Shown here: positions 32,301-47,300 of the stretch, piece after piece | How positions within the stretch are numbered: the first letter of the stretch is position 1 | Layout of the letters: every line of letters starts with the position of its first letter | Source of the DNA: Blastocystis sp. Blastoise | Taxonomy: Eukaryota > Protista > Bigyra: Opalinata | NCBI GenBank assembly: GCA_039096225.1 | Contig: JBBPEB010000029.1 | Location: 744,001-808,000, forward strand | Length of the DNA stretch: 64,000 bases | Direction: 5' to 3' | Made by a program: the position numbers and the translations under genes | The notes under the pieces: generated by a model | Database searches by the model: none | What the model saw: the letters and a program-made list of their open reading frames with translations, nothing else | What the model was told of the DNA's origin: nothing

Positions 32301-35300
32301 ATATTACTTAATATATTAAATGCATATAATATATAATAATTAATATCTTTATTATTTTCATATTGTTTTAATATATTAATATAACTTATATATAATTCTG
32401 TTATATTTAATTCTATACGTATATCTTCATTAGATATTAATGAATTTAATATGATAACACAATTTTCACATATAGTATAATTTTCTAAACATATATTAAT
32501 AGTATTACATAATGTATTTATACCATTATTAGATATAAATAATGATTGATATTCAGATTTCTTTAAGAAATATACTAATAAATATATACATATATCTAAT
32601 ATTTCTATATCATCTTTATATATATTCATATTATTTATAATTAATTGTATAATATCTTCATTTAAAAATATAGGATATAAATCATTTTCAGGTATATTTT
32701 GTATACATTCTTTAATTATTAATAATATTTTATATTGAATATCTTTTTCATTAGTATAAATAGACATAGAATTTAATAATATTTGTATACCACTATTAAT
32801 AATAAAACTATTACATAATGTTTCATCTTGACATAATATAGATAATATATAAGATACACTTTGATTTATATTATAATTATTAGGATATAACATATTAGCA
32901 TTAATAAATGGTTTTATATATTGTTGTGATTTCATATAAGGTAAATATAATGTAGAATTAATTAATTCTTTATGTATATGAATAGCATGTTCTTGTATAT
33001 TTTCATTATTATCATATCTCATTATATCTTGATTACATAATGTTAATGTATTATCTTCAATATATTTATCTTTTATTTCTTTTGTTTTACTTGTTATATC
33101 TAATATATATATACATAATTCTTGTAATAATTCTTCATCATCATTATTTGTATTATTTAATATATTTAATATCTTTATATGTAAATTAGGATTAGTATAT
33201 AATAATGAATTATTATCTAATATTAATAATTGTTTAAATAATAATAATATTTGATTCATTAATTCTAAAGGTGTATATTCATCTAATAATATTAATGATG
33301 TTTCTATAATATCACTTTCTTTAAATAATTCTATATTATTATTATATATTATTAATTTATTTAAAAATATATAAATATATATTAATACAGATATATATGT
33401 ATCATTTATTTGTATTGAATGTATTGATATATTAATAAAATCTTTTTTAGCTAATTCTTCTTTTATTATATCATTATCAACCATATAACTTAATAATAAA
33501 TATAAATTTTCATAAATTAATTTATTTTCATATATTTTAGTTATATTTACAAATATATCTATAATTTCTAATTTATTTAATAATATATTTAATAATTCAG
33601 GATATTGTAATGTATTAAATATCATTAATATACTTATTATAATAGCTTTTTGTCTAGGATATTGTTTCATACATTCAATAAAACGAGTAATTAATTCTTC
33701 ATTTATTAATTCTTGTTTATTTTCATGATATTTTATTATATGACTATATAATCCTAAACTATATATAAGTATATCTTCATTATTATTCCATTTTATAAAT
33801 ATTTTTTCTATTATTGATATACAATTATTATTAGATTTTTCAAATTTTTCACTAATATTATTATTTAATGTTAATGAACATAAGAAACCAACTATAGCAT
33901 ATATACAATCTTCTATATCTATATAATTATTTAAACAATCTATAAATAATTTTATATATAAATCATCTTCAAAATAAGATTGTATATTTTCATCAGAACA
34001 AATTGACCAGAATATACCAGATATTATACTAATAATTTCATATTTATTATTATATTTTTCTAATACTTTTAATATATATGTAATACCTAAATTATTATTA
34101 AATGTATTTTTACTTTCTTCAATAGTAATTAAATTAAATATAGTATTACAACAATTAAATTGTATACTATAATTATCTATATAAGTATCTATTATATTTA
34201 ATGATAATAATATAATATCATTATAAGATATTAATTTATTATTATTAGTATCTTTTGTTATATTATTAAATATAAATATTATTTGTTCAATACTAATTTC
34301 ATTATCTATTAATAAATTACATACTTGTAATAATATCATACAATTATTATTATCTTTAAATATATTATAATAACGATTATCTTTCTTACAACAATTATAT
34401 ATAAATCCTATAGTATTCTTTAATAAATTAACTTCTTCATAACGATTTAATATTTCTAATAATATTATAAATATATTATTATTATATAAATTAATAATTA
34501 ATTCTTCATTATTTATATCAATTGTTAATAATAAATAATTTATAATTTCATTATTTATATTAATATCTTCTATATATTTATGATATACTTGATTTATTTT
34601 ATTAGGTATTTCTATTATATATTTATCAGTAAATAATATATTTTTCTTATTATATAATAATATTAATAATTGTAAAATAGAACTAAATATTTCATTATCT
34701 AATTCTTTTGATATACATTGTAATAATAATGATAATATAGATTGTTTATTTAATTCATCTATTAATAAATTAGGTGCATCTAATATTAATAATCTATTAA
34801 ATACATTACATATATATAATAATATTTGTGTATTTGTATATACAGAAATAGCTCTACATATACATATAACAATATCATTAAATTCCATTGATTTATTATT
34901 AATATTAATTAAAGGTATTAATTTATTTAATATAGTAAATCCATATTGACTTATTTCTATGTAATGTTCTGTATTTAAATAATCATAAAATATAGAATAT
35001 AATGAAGAAATAAATTCTGTTTGTAATAATATATCAACAATATCTAATTCTTCTAATAAATTACTTATTATATATAATATATATAATACTATATTAATAT
35101 TTTCATTATATTTTAATAATATAGAAGACATCATATTTATTATAGATAATTGACTTATAGAAGTCTTTAAATCTTCTATTTGTATAAAGACATATAATAA
35201 ATATATAAATAATTCTATATATTCTTCATTATTAAATATATTTAATTGATTACATATAATAGGTAATATATCAGTTTCTATTAATTCATTAATAGAATCT

Positions 35301-38300
35301 ATATTAATACATACTAATTTAAATATTTGTAAACAATATAATGATATATTATAATTATTATTATGTAATTTTAAGCTATCACATAATATAGATATACCAT
35401 GATAAGTAATAAATGATATAATTAAATCTGTTTGTTTTAATAATAAAATAAATACTTTTATATATATTTCTTGAATATTTTCATTAGATATATATTTTTC
35501 TAATATAAATAATAATGGTGTAATTAAATTATTATTATCATTTATAGATATTAATTGTTGATTTTCAATAGTATATAATATATTACCAATTAAATATATA
35601 CCATTTTCATTATTTGTTAATATTTCAATAGATTTAATTAAATATTCATAACCTTTTTGATTTATATAATATTTACATATATTATCATTAATTAATACTT
35701 TTTCTAATATATTTATACAACTTAAATGAACATATTCATCATCTTGATAATAAGATAATAATAATAATATAATATCTATTAATTCATTATTAATATTATC
35801 ATTTAAATATAATACTATAATATTACTTAATATATATATAACATGAGTAGAAATTTCTTCAGTTTTATATTTTATTATAATATTATTTAATAATTTTATT
35901 GTATTATTATTTGATAATATTTCACAACTTTCTTTTATTAAAGATAATTGTTTTATATATAATATACAAGGTAATAATATATTCATATCTTCAATATTAT
36001 CTTGTATTATTGATATACATAAATCTATAATATTTTCATTTAAACAAATATTAATATTTTCTATATGCGTAAATGTATATAATATATTTAATATATATAT
36101 TAATATTTGTTTATTATTAATAAATAAACGTATACTATTAATAATAGGTATATAACCATTCTTTGTATTAAATATAGAATAAGAATTCTTATAATCTTTA
36201 GTAATATATAATATATTTAATATTTTTTTATGTAATTTTTCATTATTAAATATTTGAAGACTATCTATAATATATTCATTATTATTATTAATAATAATAT
36301 CACATAAATCTTCTTTATTAACTAAATTTTCTAATATACTAATAATATTATATATAATTAAATAATTTTTAATATTATTATATTTAATTAATAATGGTTT
36401 TAATATTAATATTATATTTGTATCTTTAAAGAAAGCTAATGATTCTGTATATTTAGATAATCTATATAAGAAACTTAATATATATAAAATAACTTCAGTT
36501 GTATTTGATGGAATTATAGTTTCATTATTATCTTCATTATTATTATTTTCATTATTATTATTTTCATTATTATTATCTTCATTATTATTATTATTTTCAT
36601 TATTATTATTAATCTTTTCATCTTCTTTATATAAATCTAATAATTCAACAGTAGTACTAATAATACTACCTTGATTTAAGATACTAACACATTGTTCATT
36701 ATTTTTACATAATAATGATAATAATTCATAATCATATTTTAATATTTCTTTATTATTTTTATAATTTTCTATAATATTATATACACGTTTAACACCATTA
36801 TTAGAAATAAATGTATTAATTTCTTCAGAATTATTTAATATAATAAATAATATTTGTAATATATTTAATTGAATTTCATAATTATTCATATATAATTCTA
36901 TAGGATTTAAGATTTCAGAATAATAATTAGATTTTTGGAATATTTCTTCATAATAATCAGGATTATTAATACAATGTTTTAATAATATTAAAAATGATAA
37001 TTGAATAATTTCATTCTTTGTATATTCTTGTAATATAATCATTACTTTACTAGTTACCTCAAATGTATTAAATATATGTTCAATTGATGAATTATCTAAT
37101 AATTCTTGTAATGTATGTATTAATATAGATACATATTCAATAATATTTAATTGTTTATCATAATTACTTATCATATTTAATAATATATTTTCAAATAAAT
37201 GTGTATCAATAAATTGTTCTTTCATTTCTTTATGTTCTGATAATTTACATACTAATTTTAACATATTTTCATAAATAATATCATTTTCATACATATTACA
37301 ACAAATAGAATTACATTGTAATAATATATTACTATCTTCAAAATATTTATATGTAGTATCATTATATAATCTATTTAATAATAATAATTCTTTACTACAT
37401 ATATCTTCATTTGTTATAAATAAATCTATTCTAGTTATTAATATTCTATTAATATCTAAATCTATTATTTTATTACCTATTTCTACATTTTTACTTAATT
37501 TATTTAATAATAATGAACTATATAAACATATATCTTGTTCATAACTATATTTTGTTATAGTATTCATTAATATAATGATTGTTTCTTCTTTAGATAATTC
37601 TTCTAAACATATATCATTATTACTTAATATACTTAATAATTCAATAGCAAATATATTAATATCTTTATTATTATTATGTTTTGTTATACATTCTATACAT
37701 AAATGTAATATATTCATTTGGAATATTTTTGTTTCATCATCATTTTGTGTTTTATTAGCTACTTCATGTAATAATAATATTAAACAATATAATACTATAT
37801 TTTCATTATATATATATTTATTTATAGTATTATATATTAATGTTGTATTTTTACGTATTAATACTGATATTCTTTGATTTATAGAATATAAATTATATAC
37901 TATTAATTCTATACATTTTTCTTCATTATTATATAAATCTAACCATATAAAAAATTCTTTACTAAATAATTCACGTACTTTATCTATTATTTTATTATTT
38001 TCTTCATCATTATTATTTATATATAATGATAATAATAATTTTAATATTAAATTAATAACTTCTATTGTATCATTTTCTTTTATACTAACATTATATAATA
38101 TACTTATTATATCACAATTATGTAATTCTATTACATCTTCTTCTATTTTACATATATTTATTAAGGATTCTAATATAACTAATATTAATTCAGTTTTATC
38201 TTTATATATATTAATAGCTATACATAATGGTCTTATAACATTTTTACTTATTGTTTCTAATGTTGATTTCTTCTTTAACATATAGGCTAATATAGATATT

Positions 38301-41300
38301 ATATTTAATTGTATTTCATAATTATTTGTATATTTATTCATTATATATAATAAATTATCTAAATATTTAATCCAAGCAGAAGTAGTTTTACTATTTGTTA
38401 CTATAGCTAATAATATACGTGATGCAGATAAACATATATTTTCATTATTATTTTCATCTATCATATGATTTATTATAGGATCAATAATAGTTGATGATAA
38501 AAATAATTTACATTGTATATCACCTTTTAAGAAATATTCTAATAATTTAAATATATTATATATACAATCTGTATTATCTTTTATTGTATTTAATAATAAA
38601 CATAATATATTTATATTTTCTTCAGTTGTTATTCTTGTATATATAGAAGAAGATTCACTTATTAATATATAACTTTCTAATATATCTGTTAAAACATTTG
38701 ATTTTGTTATAAATATATTAATATCAACTTTAAATAATGATATATAATTACTTATATTAATAGTATCTAATATATCAATAGACATAATATTAGATAATAA
38801 TGACCATGCATTTATATGTAATTGTAAACTATTTTCTTCTTCTTCTTCTACATCTTCCATTATTATAGGATTTGATATCATATAATCTATAGTAAATGAT
38901 TGTATATTCTTTTTATTAAATAATTCTATATATTCTTTATGTTTTGATATATTACTAAATATTAATAAACATAATTCATGTATTTTTAATGAAGTACTAA
39001 ATAAATTACAATATTCATATATAGTATTAAATATTATTTCATTACTTAATATAGATATAGATTCTTCTTCATAGGATATTAAACTTAATATAGTACTACA
39101 TAATAATATTATATCTTCATTTTCTTTATATAAATTACTACAATCAATAATATAATTAATTATATTTAATTGTATCATCATTAATAATGATTTTTTATCA
39201 TTACAAATATATAATATAAATTGTAATAATGATTGTTCTGCTTCATATTCATGATGGAATAAGGATATACTATTTAATAATACAGTATATATATCATTAC
39301 TTTGTAAATAATTTATAAAATTAATATCAGTTCTTTCACTAATAGATAATAATATTTTCCATATATATTTTAATATAGATAAATTATTATAATATATATT
39401 AATTAAAGAAATTAATATAATTAAGCCTTTAGAATCTAAAAATTCTTTAATACATTTTGATTCATATAATAATTCATTTGTTAATGTTAATAATGATAAT
39501 ACAGTTATATTATTTTGTTTATACATATCTATAATATTACAAAATAATTTTACAGCATTATTTTCAGTTAATATAATTAATACATTATCACTATCAGTAA
39601 AATTAATACATACTTGAGTACAGGATTCAATAATAATATTATTTGAAAGGAAATTATTAATAGAATTTAAACATATTTGTATATGATTTGTTTCTTCAGT
39701 ATAATCAAATAAACCTTTATATTCTTTACCATATAATGCTAATACTTGCATAAATGGAGACATAATTATTTCATCTTTATTATATTCTGTATTAATATAT
39801 AATAATAATGGCATTAATCCACTTTCTTTTAAATTAATACTTAAAGCTTTAATATCAAATATATAATGAATAATATGTAAAAAGGATAATACTATATTTT
39901 TATCATCAAAATAATTAGTAGTAATAGATAACAATAATGTTAATATTTGTTTTAATTCTAAAGAATTTCTTAAATAATCACCTAAAACAAATAATTCTAA
40001 TACTTTTAAGAAATGATTTAATATTTCATTATTATTAAAATATATATCTTTATTTCTTAATATAGTAGGTAATATAATTAATAATGATTTAATTTATTCA
40101 TTAGATAATTTTGATAATGAAATAATAAAATTAAATATTATAATTTGAATATCATTATTTTTTGTATATTTTTCTATTATATTATTAATAACATTAGTAA
40201 TATTACTTTGTATTAATGTATCACATAATTCTTTATATAATGACATATTATTATAAAATATAAAAGAATTATTTATAATATTTTCTTCATTAGAATAAGA
40301 TTGTATACTATGTAAACAATATAATAAATCTATATTATCTAATAATAATTGATGATTATGTATATTATCACTTAATATTCTTAATATATAAGTAATACTA
40401 ATAGATATATCTATATTATTACCATATTTATTTATAATATTATTTAATATGATTTCAGGATTTGTTTTTATATATAAAGTATAAGCTTGTTCTATATTAA
40501 TAAGAGAACATATAGCTTTAAGTGAATTCATAATAACATTTTTATTATCAATAGAAGTACAATGAATAATATTATCTAAACCATTATTACGTAATATAAT
40601 ACTAGATCCATGATCAGTATTTTTTGATATATAATATAATATACTATTACATGAACTTAATATAGAATAATTATTATTATATTCATTCATAGAATAGAAA
40701 ATAGTATTAATATAATCAGAAGTAACAAATTGTTCATAAGATTCATTTACTAAACATAAATTATTAATAATAATATAACAATTATCAATAATCATTTCAT
40801 TTATATTATATTTCTTTATATTATTAAATAAATATTTAATAATTTCATTTTCAACCATTTCTTTACGTTGTTCTTCTAATAATGATATATATATAGATAA
40901 TTTTGTTATATTATATTGAATTTCTTCATTATTATTAAATAATTCATATGATTTTAATAAAGTATTTAATAAATTAATATCATGTGTATAGAATAATAAT
41001 ATATTCTTTTCAGAAGTTGTCATTATATTTAATAATTGATAACTAATTTCTGTTAATAATATATTATTTGTATATTGATTTATTATATCTACTAAAATAA
41101 AAGGTAAAATTGTATCATAATAATTTATTAAAGGAGTCTCTTTAATCACTTTTGTTATAGTTTTTGTAGTTGTAGCTATTGTTTCATTATTAGATTCTTT
41201 TTCTTTTTCTTTTTCTTCTTTTATTGGTTTTTCTTCTTTTTCTTGAATAGATTGAGATTCAATTGTTTTTTCTTCTTTAGCTGAAGATTCTATTGTTTCT

Positions 41301-44300
41301 TTAATTTCTTCTTCTTCTTTATTTTCAGTTTCTTCTTCAGTAATAACTTGTTTTTCTTCTTCTTCTTTTTCTTTAGATTCTTCAGTAACAATAGTTTCTT
41401 CTTCTTTTTCAATAGATTTAGATTCTTCTTCAACTTTTTCTTCTTCTTTAATTTCATTTTCTTTTTCTTCAGGAATAATAACAGTTTCTTCTTCTTTAAT
41501 TTCATTTTCTTTTTCTTCAGGAACAACAGATTCTTCTTCTTTAATTACTTTTTCTTTTTCTTCATTTTCAACAACATTTTCTTCATTAACAATAACATTT
41601 TCAACAACATTTTCTTCTTGAATAATTATATTATTATTATTCTTTATAGATTGTTTAATATTAATAGGAATAGTAATAATTTCAGTAGTAGTAATATCTT
41701 TATGTTGTATAATATGTAAACATGTATATATACATTCTTCAATTAAATCTTTTTCACTTGTATATTCTTTTAATATATTACTAAAATATTTATAATTATC
41801 AATAGTATATAAATCACTTGTATTATTATCTAATATAGTAATATTATTTAATAATTTAAATAAATTATATAAATATAAACTATTATTTTGAATAGATTTT
41901 ATACGATCAATTGTAATCATATGAATATTAGATGATATTAATATAGAACATGTTGTTTCTTCTTTTGTATATAATAATAAAGATTGACTAAGTATATTTG
42001 TTATAGATTTATTATAATTATTTATATATAATTCTATTAATTTATTTAATATATTATATTGATTTAATTGATTTTGACATTCATTATTATTTAATAATAT
42101 ATTTATTAATTTACATATTTCTTCATAATATTCATTATCATCAGTATTTATACTATTTAATATTGTATTTAATAAAGATAATATAGATATATCTTTTATT
42201 ATATTTATATAACTATCATCATTTTCTTTATTTTTATTTATTAATAATATATTTAATATATAAAATGAATTCTTTAATATATTAACATTTGTTTGATGTA
42301 TATTAATAATTTCTAATAATAATGATATTATATTCTTTTCATTAAATAATTCTATACCTATTTTATAATTACTTATTTGTTTTAATGTACTTATAGAAGA
42401 AAGTATATATATATCATCTTCTTTATATATACATATTGTTTCTATAATTATATTTAATATATTATTATCAATAATAGATTTACATAATGATTCAGTAGTA
42501 ATAATATTCTTTAATATATTACATATACTTGTTAATATTAATTTATTTTCTTTATATGTATCCATTATTATATATATATTTGGTATACATTCATTTGTAT
42601 ATATTAAATCACGTATTTTAATATTATCACTAATAATTTCTATAGTATTTAATGATTTTATTATAAATTCTTCATTAGTATAATATAATTTCATATTTTC
42701 AATAATAATCTTTATCATACCTTGATCTATAAATATATTCTTTTTATCACATAAAACTAATTTTTGAATTAATAATAATGCATTATATTGAATAGTATAT
42801 TCATTTAATACAGTTAATAAAGAATTAAAGAAATATTCATTATGATTTATATAATATTTATCAGGTTCTATAGTATTATATATAGTAATAATTAATTGTA
42901 AATAGTTCATTTTGACTCTTTCATTCATTGTATAATAAGGTATTAAATCTATAATATTATGTATAATATCTTCTTGTTCTAAAAATTCTATTTGTTTTAT
43001 ACCATTTACAATCTTAATAAATATAGATATACAATTATATAATAAATCATTATTATCATTTTTATCTAATATAATTCCATATAAAGTAGATATTATACTT
43101 TGTTCTTTAATAATAGTATTATATTGTTCAACTTCACAACATTCATTAAGAATACATGATAATGGTATACTAATATTTATATTAGCATAATAACGTATAA
43201 ATATATCACATAATGTAATATAACCATTATTCTTTGTTAATTTTTCAAAAGAAAGATTTAAATCATAATATATACTTTGCTTTAATAATAAAGATAATAA
43301 TTCTATAGTATCTTCATAATCTTTATAGGTAATTAATAATATAACTAATAATACAATTAAATGTTTAGTAACAATAATTTTATTTAATTGTTCTAAAGTT
43401 GTTATACGTATAAAGAATTCTGTATATATATTAACTATTTCTCTAAAATTACGTTTTTCTTTCATATTTTTACATAATTTTATTAAAAATTCATCATTTA
43501 ATAAAGAACTATAACTTTCTTCTAAATCTAATATATTTTTATATATAGTAATAATAGATAATATTATATCATTATTATCTATATTATTATCAAATACTAT
43601 ATTTAATGTATCTAAATTATTATTATTAATAATATATTCTTGAGCTTTTTTATAACAAGAAACAGAAGAAATAGATTTACATAATAAAATTAATAATTTT
43701 TTATTATTAATAAATAAAGATAATGATTTTAATAATATAGATAAAGAACCAAAATCAACTAATTGTTCAGATAATAATTGTTGTGTAGAAGAAGATAATA
43801 TAATATGACAAGCATTTTCTAATATAATTTCATCATTATCATATTTATTTATATAATTAAATATAATATCAACTGTACCACTAATAGCAAAAGAATTAGG
43901 ATCAATTTGACAACAATAATGAACTATTATACATATATATTGTATAAATTCTAAAGAACATTCATTATTATTTAATAATATATAAAATAAATTATATATT
44001 TTATGGCTAATTAATTGAGAAGGAACACTATTATCTTTACTTAATAATGATACTATACTAAATAATGAAGTATATATTATAATATCTTCAGTAATATCAA
44101 AATAATTAAATATAGTATCTAATATATTAATAGATAATAAATTAGGTATATGATTTTCATCTTCTAAATATTTATATAATAATTTACATGTATTTATAAT
44201 AATATCTTTATTATTATTATATAAATTAAGATTAGATACTAAACATTCAGGTATAATTATTTCATTTGTATATAAATCTTGTTTATTAATAATTATTTCT

Positions 44301-47300
44301 AATGTAGTTTGAATTATAATTTCATTATTATTATGTATATTTAATATATTAAATAATATATCTATCATAGTATCAATAAATACAAAATTTTCATTTTGAT
44401 AAAAAGATAAGAATAATTGAAGATTATGAATACATATATTGATATGTTTATAATGTTTAATCAATATAGTTTGTAATAATATATAATATTCATTATTGAT
44501 AAATAATGATTTTTGTTCTTCAATATTATATAATTTTATAAATAAATTAAATATATGATCAATAATCATTTCATTATTTATAAATTCATTACATAAATTA
44601 ATTAAATTAGATATTAATGAATTTGTTATAATAAAAGAAATAATCTTTTCTTTATTGACTTGTATACAATTATTTATAAATATAAATAATAAATTAATTA
44701 AAGATTCATTTTGATAATAATTTAATATATAATAATTCATATTATTAAACATATCATCAGAATTTATAAATATATTAATATATTCATTATTAATATCAAA
44801 TAAATTACATAAAGTAAATAAAAGTTCTAAAATTTCTAAATTTTCTTTATAATCATTAAATAAAGAAATTATTATATTCGGTAAATTAGAGATTAATAAT
44901 ATTTTATGATAATCTTGTAAAGTAGAAATACTTATAAAACAAGAAAGTAAATTCTTTATAATAATTTCATTTCTATTTTCTTTAGTTAATTGAATAATTA
45001 ATTCTATATTTGATTTATTTACAAAATTTTCAATATTTTTATTATTTAATAATAAAATCTTAGATAATATATTAGAAGAAGATAATAATAAATCTATATT
45101 ATCTTTATATTGATTAAATATATATAATAAACAATTTAATAATTTATCATAATCATATGAAAATGTATTATTATAATTAAATATATTTGAAATAGCAAAC
45201 ATAAATTCTGTTAATATATTTACTTTATCTTTTGTTTCATGAATTAAAGTAATTAATATAGTAGATATATTTTTCTTTTGCATAATTTCTATATATTCAT
45301 TAATATTTGTAAATGAATGAATAATATAACTAAATGAATATAAGAAATTTATATCATTAATAAATAAATTATATTTTTTAATTAATTGTATATATATATC
45401 TCTATCCCATAAATATTGAATACAATCAAATCGAATACATTTGCTTAATAATATAATACATTGTAAAAAGATTTTATTATCTTTATTAACTATAGGATTA
45501 TCTAATATATTACATATATATTGACAAAATTCTTTTATTTCATTAAAAGATTCTAAAGTATCTATTAATATACAACTATAATTTAAATAAATTAATAACA
45601 AATCTTTATTATTAATATTATTACTAAATGATTGTTCTAATATTTTTATAATTTTCATTTGATTTATTTTTATATTTTCATCATGTAATATATTACTAAA
45701 TAATGTTAATACTTTTAATATAGATATATAAACATTAGTATTTTCATATTGTTTTTCTAATAAATCTAAAGTGATTGTAATAAATGATAAACTATTTTCA
45801 CAAGGACATTCATTTGTTAATATTATTAATTGATTATAGATTCCATATATAGATTGTATTATATTAATATTATTTGTATATAAATTTAATAATTCTAATA
45901 ATAAATTACCAATAGAATTTTCTTTAACTAATATTAATAAACTATTACATTTTTCACATATTGTATTCATTAATAATAAACTATTACTTATTAATTCTTC
46001 ATTATCTTTATAACTTTCTAAACATTGAATAATATCTAATACTATTTTATTTGATTCTAAGGTTAATAATATATCATTATTATCTAATAATAATTTAAAT
46101 AATTGATAATATTCATTATATATACTATTATTATTAGTATATAATTTAAATCCATTATATAATATTTCATTACAATTTAATTTATTTATATATATATAAC
46201 CTTCTCTTTCTTGTATAAGTATATATAATGAATGAATAGTAATAGCCATTTGGTCTTCAGGAACAATAGGTATAGATTTTAATAATATATTTATACATAA
46301 TGATTTTATTTCTTGTTGTTTATATAATTCAGATAAACTACATATAATAGAATTACATTTTAATATTATATTCTTATTTTCAGGATATTCTTCACATATT
46401 TTTACTAATGTTCTAAATCCATTCATATTGACAAAACTATCAAATATTTCTAAAGTAATTAATAATTTTTCAAATATATATAATATATTATATATATGAT
46501 TTTCTACTTTAATAAATGTATTTAATGAACGAATTAATGATGTAAATCCTTGTAAATTTGTTATAAATAATTCATATATAGATTCTATATCAATTAATTT
46601 TCTTAATATATTACAACAAACAGATTGTACATTAATATCTTTACTTTGATTACTTATAGTTATAAATACTTTTGGTATAATTTCTATAGCTATATCATAA
46701 GTTTCTATATGACATATATTAATTACTTTATAACATAATAAACAAAATGTTTTATCTGTATTATAATTATTAATTAATAAACATATATTTTCAGCTAATT
46801 TTTCATTTAATTCATATTCAGGAAGATTATTATTTATAATAGTATAATAATTTAATAATAATAATAATAAATCATTACATAATAATTTATCTTTATTATT
46901 ATTTTGTATAATTATAGTAGCACTTGAATATATAGTTTCTCTTTTTTCTATAATCCAATCTATTAATAGTTTTGATTCTTTTAATATAGTAATACAAAGA
47001 GATAATATAGATGAATCTGTTTTAAATGTATTTAATATATCTAATATATAATCACATAATTCAGGTATAATAATTTGATTAATATATTTTGTATCTTTTA
47101 ATAATTTTGATATTAATAATAATATATATTGATGATATACTCTATCATTATTACTTAATTGTTGTATATGTAATAATCCATGAATAATATCTTGTTCTAT
47201 AAAATAGGATACTATATCACGTATTGTTAAGAAATGAATTAATGAAGGTATATATAATATAGCATCATTATATTGTATATCTTCTTGTTGAATACATTGT

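Noticed and set aside
39983-40195. A GT-AG intron removing the internal TAA of the giant gene
   Set aside because: Only an atypical GTTATT donor is available, the segment reads as normal ARM coding sequence, and it lacks the AT tracts of other introns. Not excluded without cDNA.
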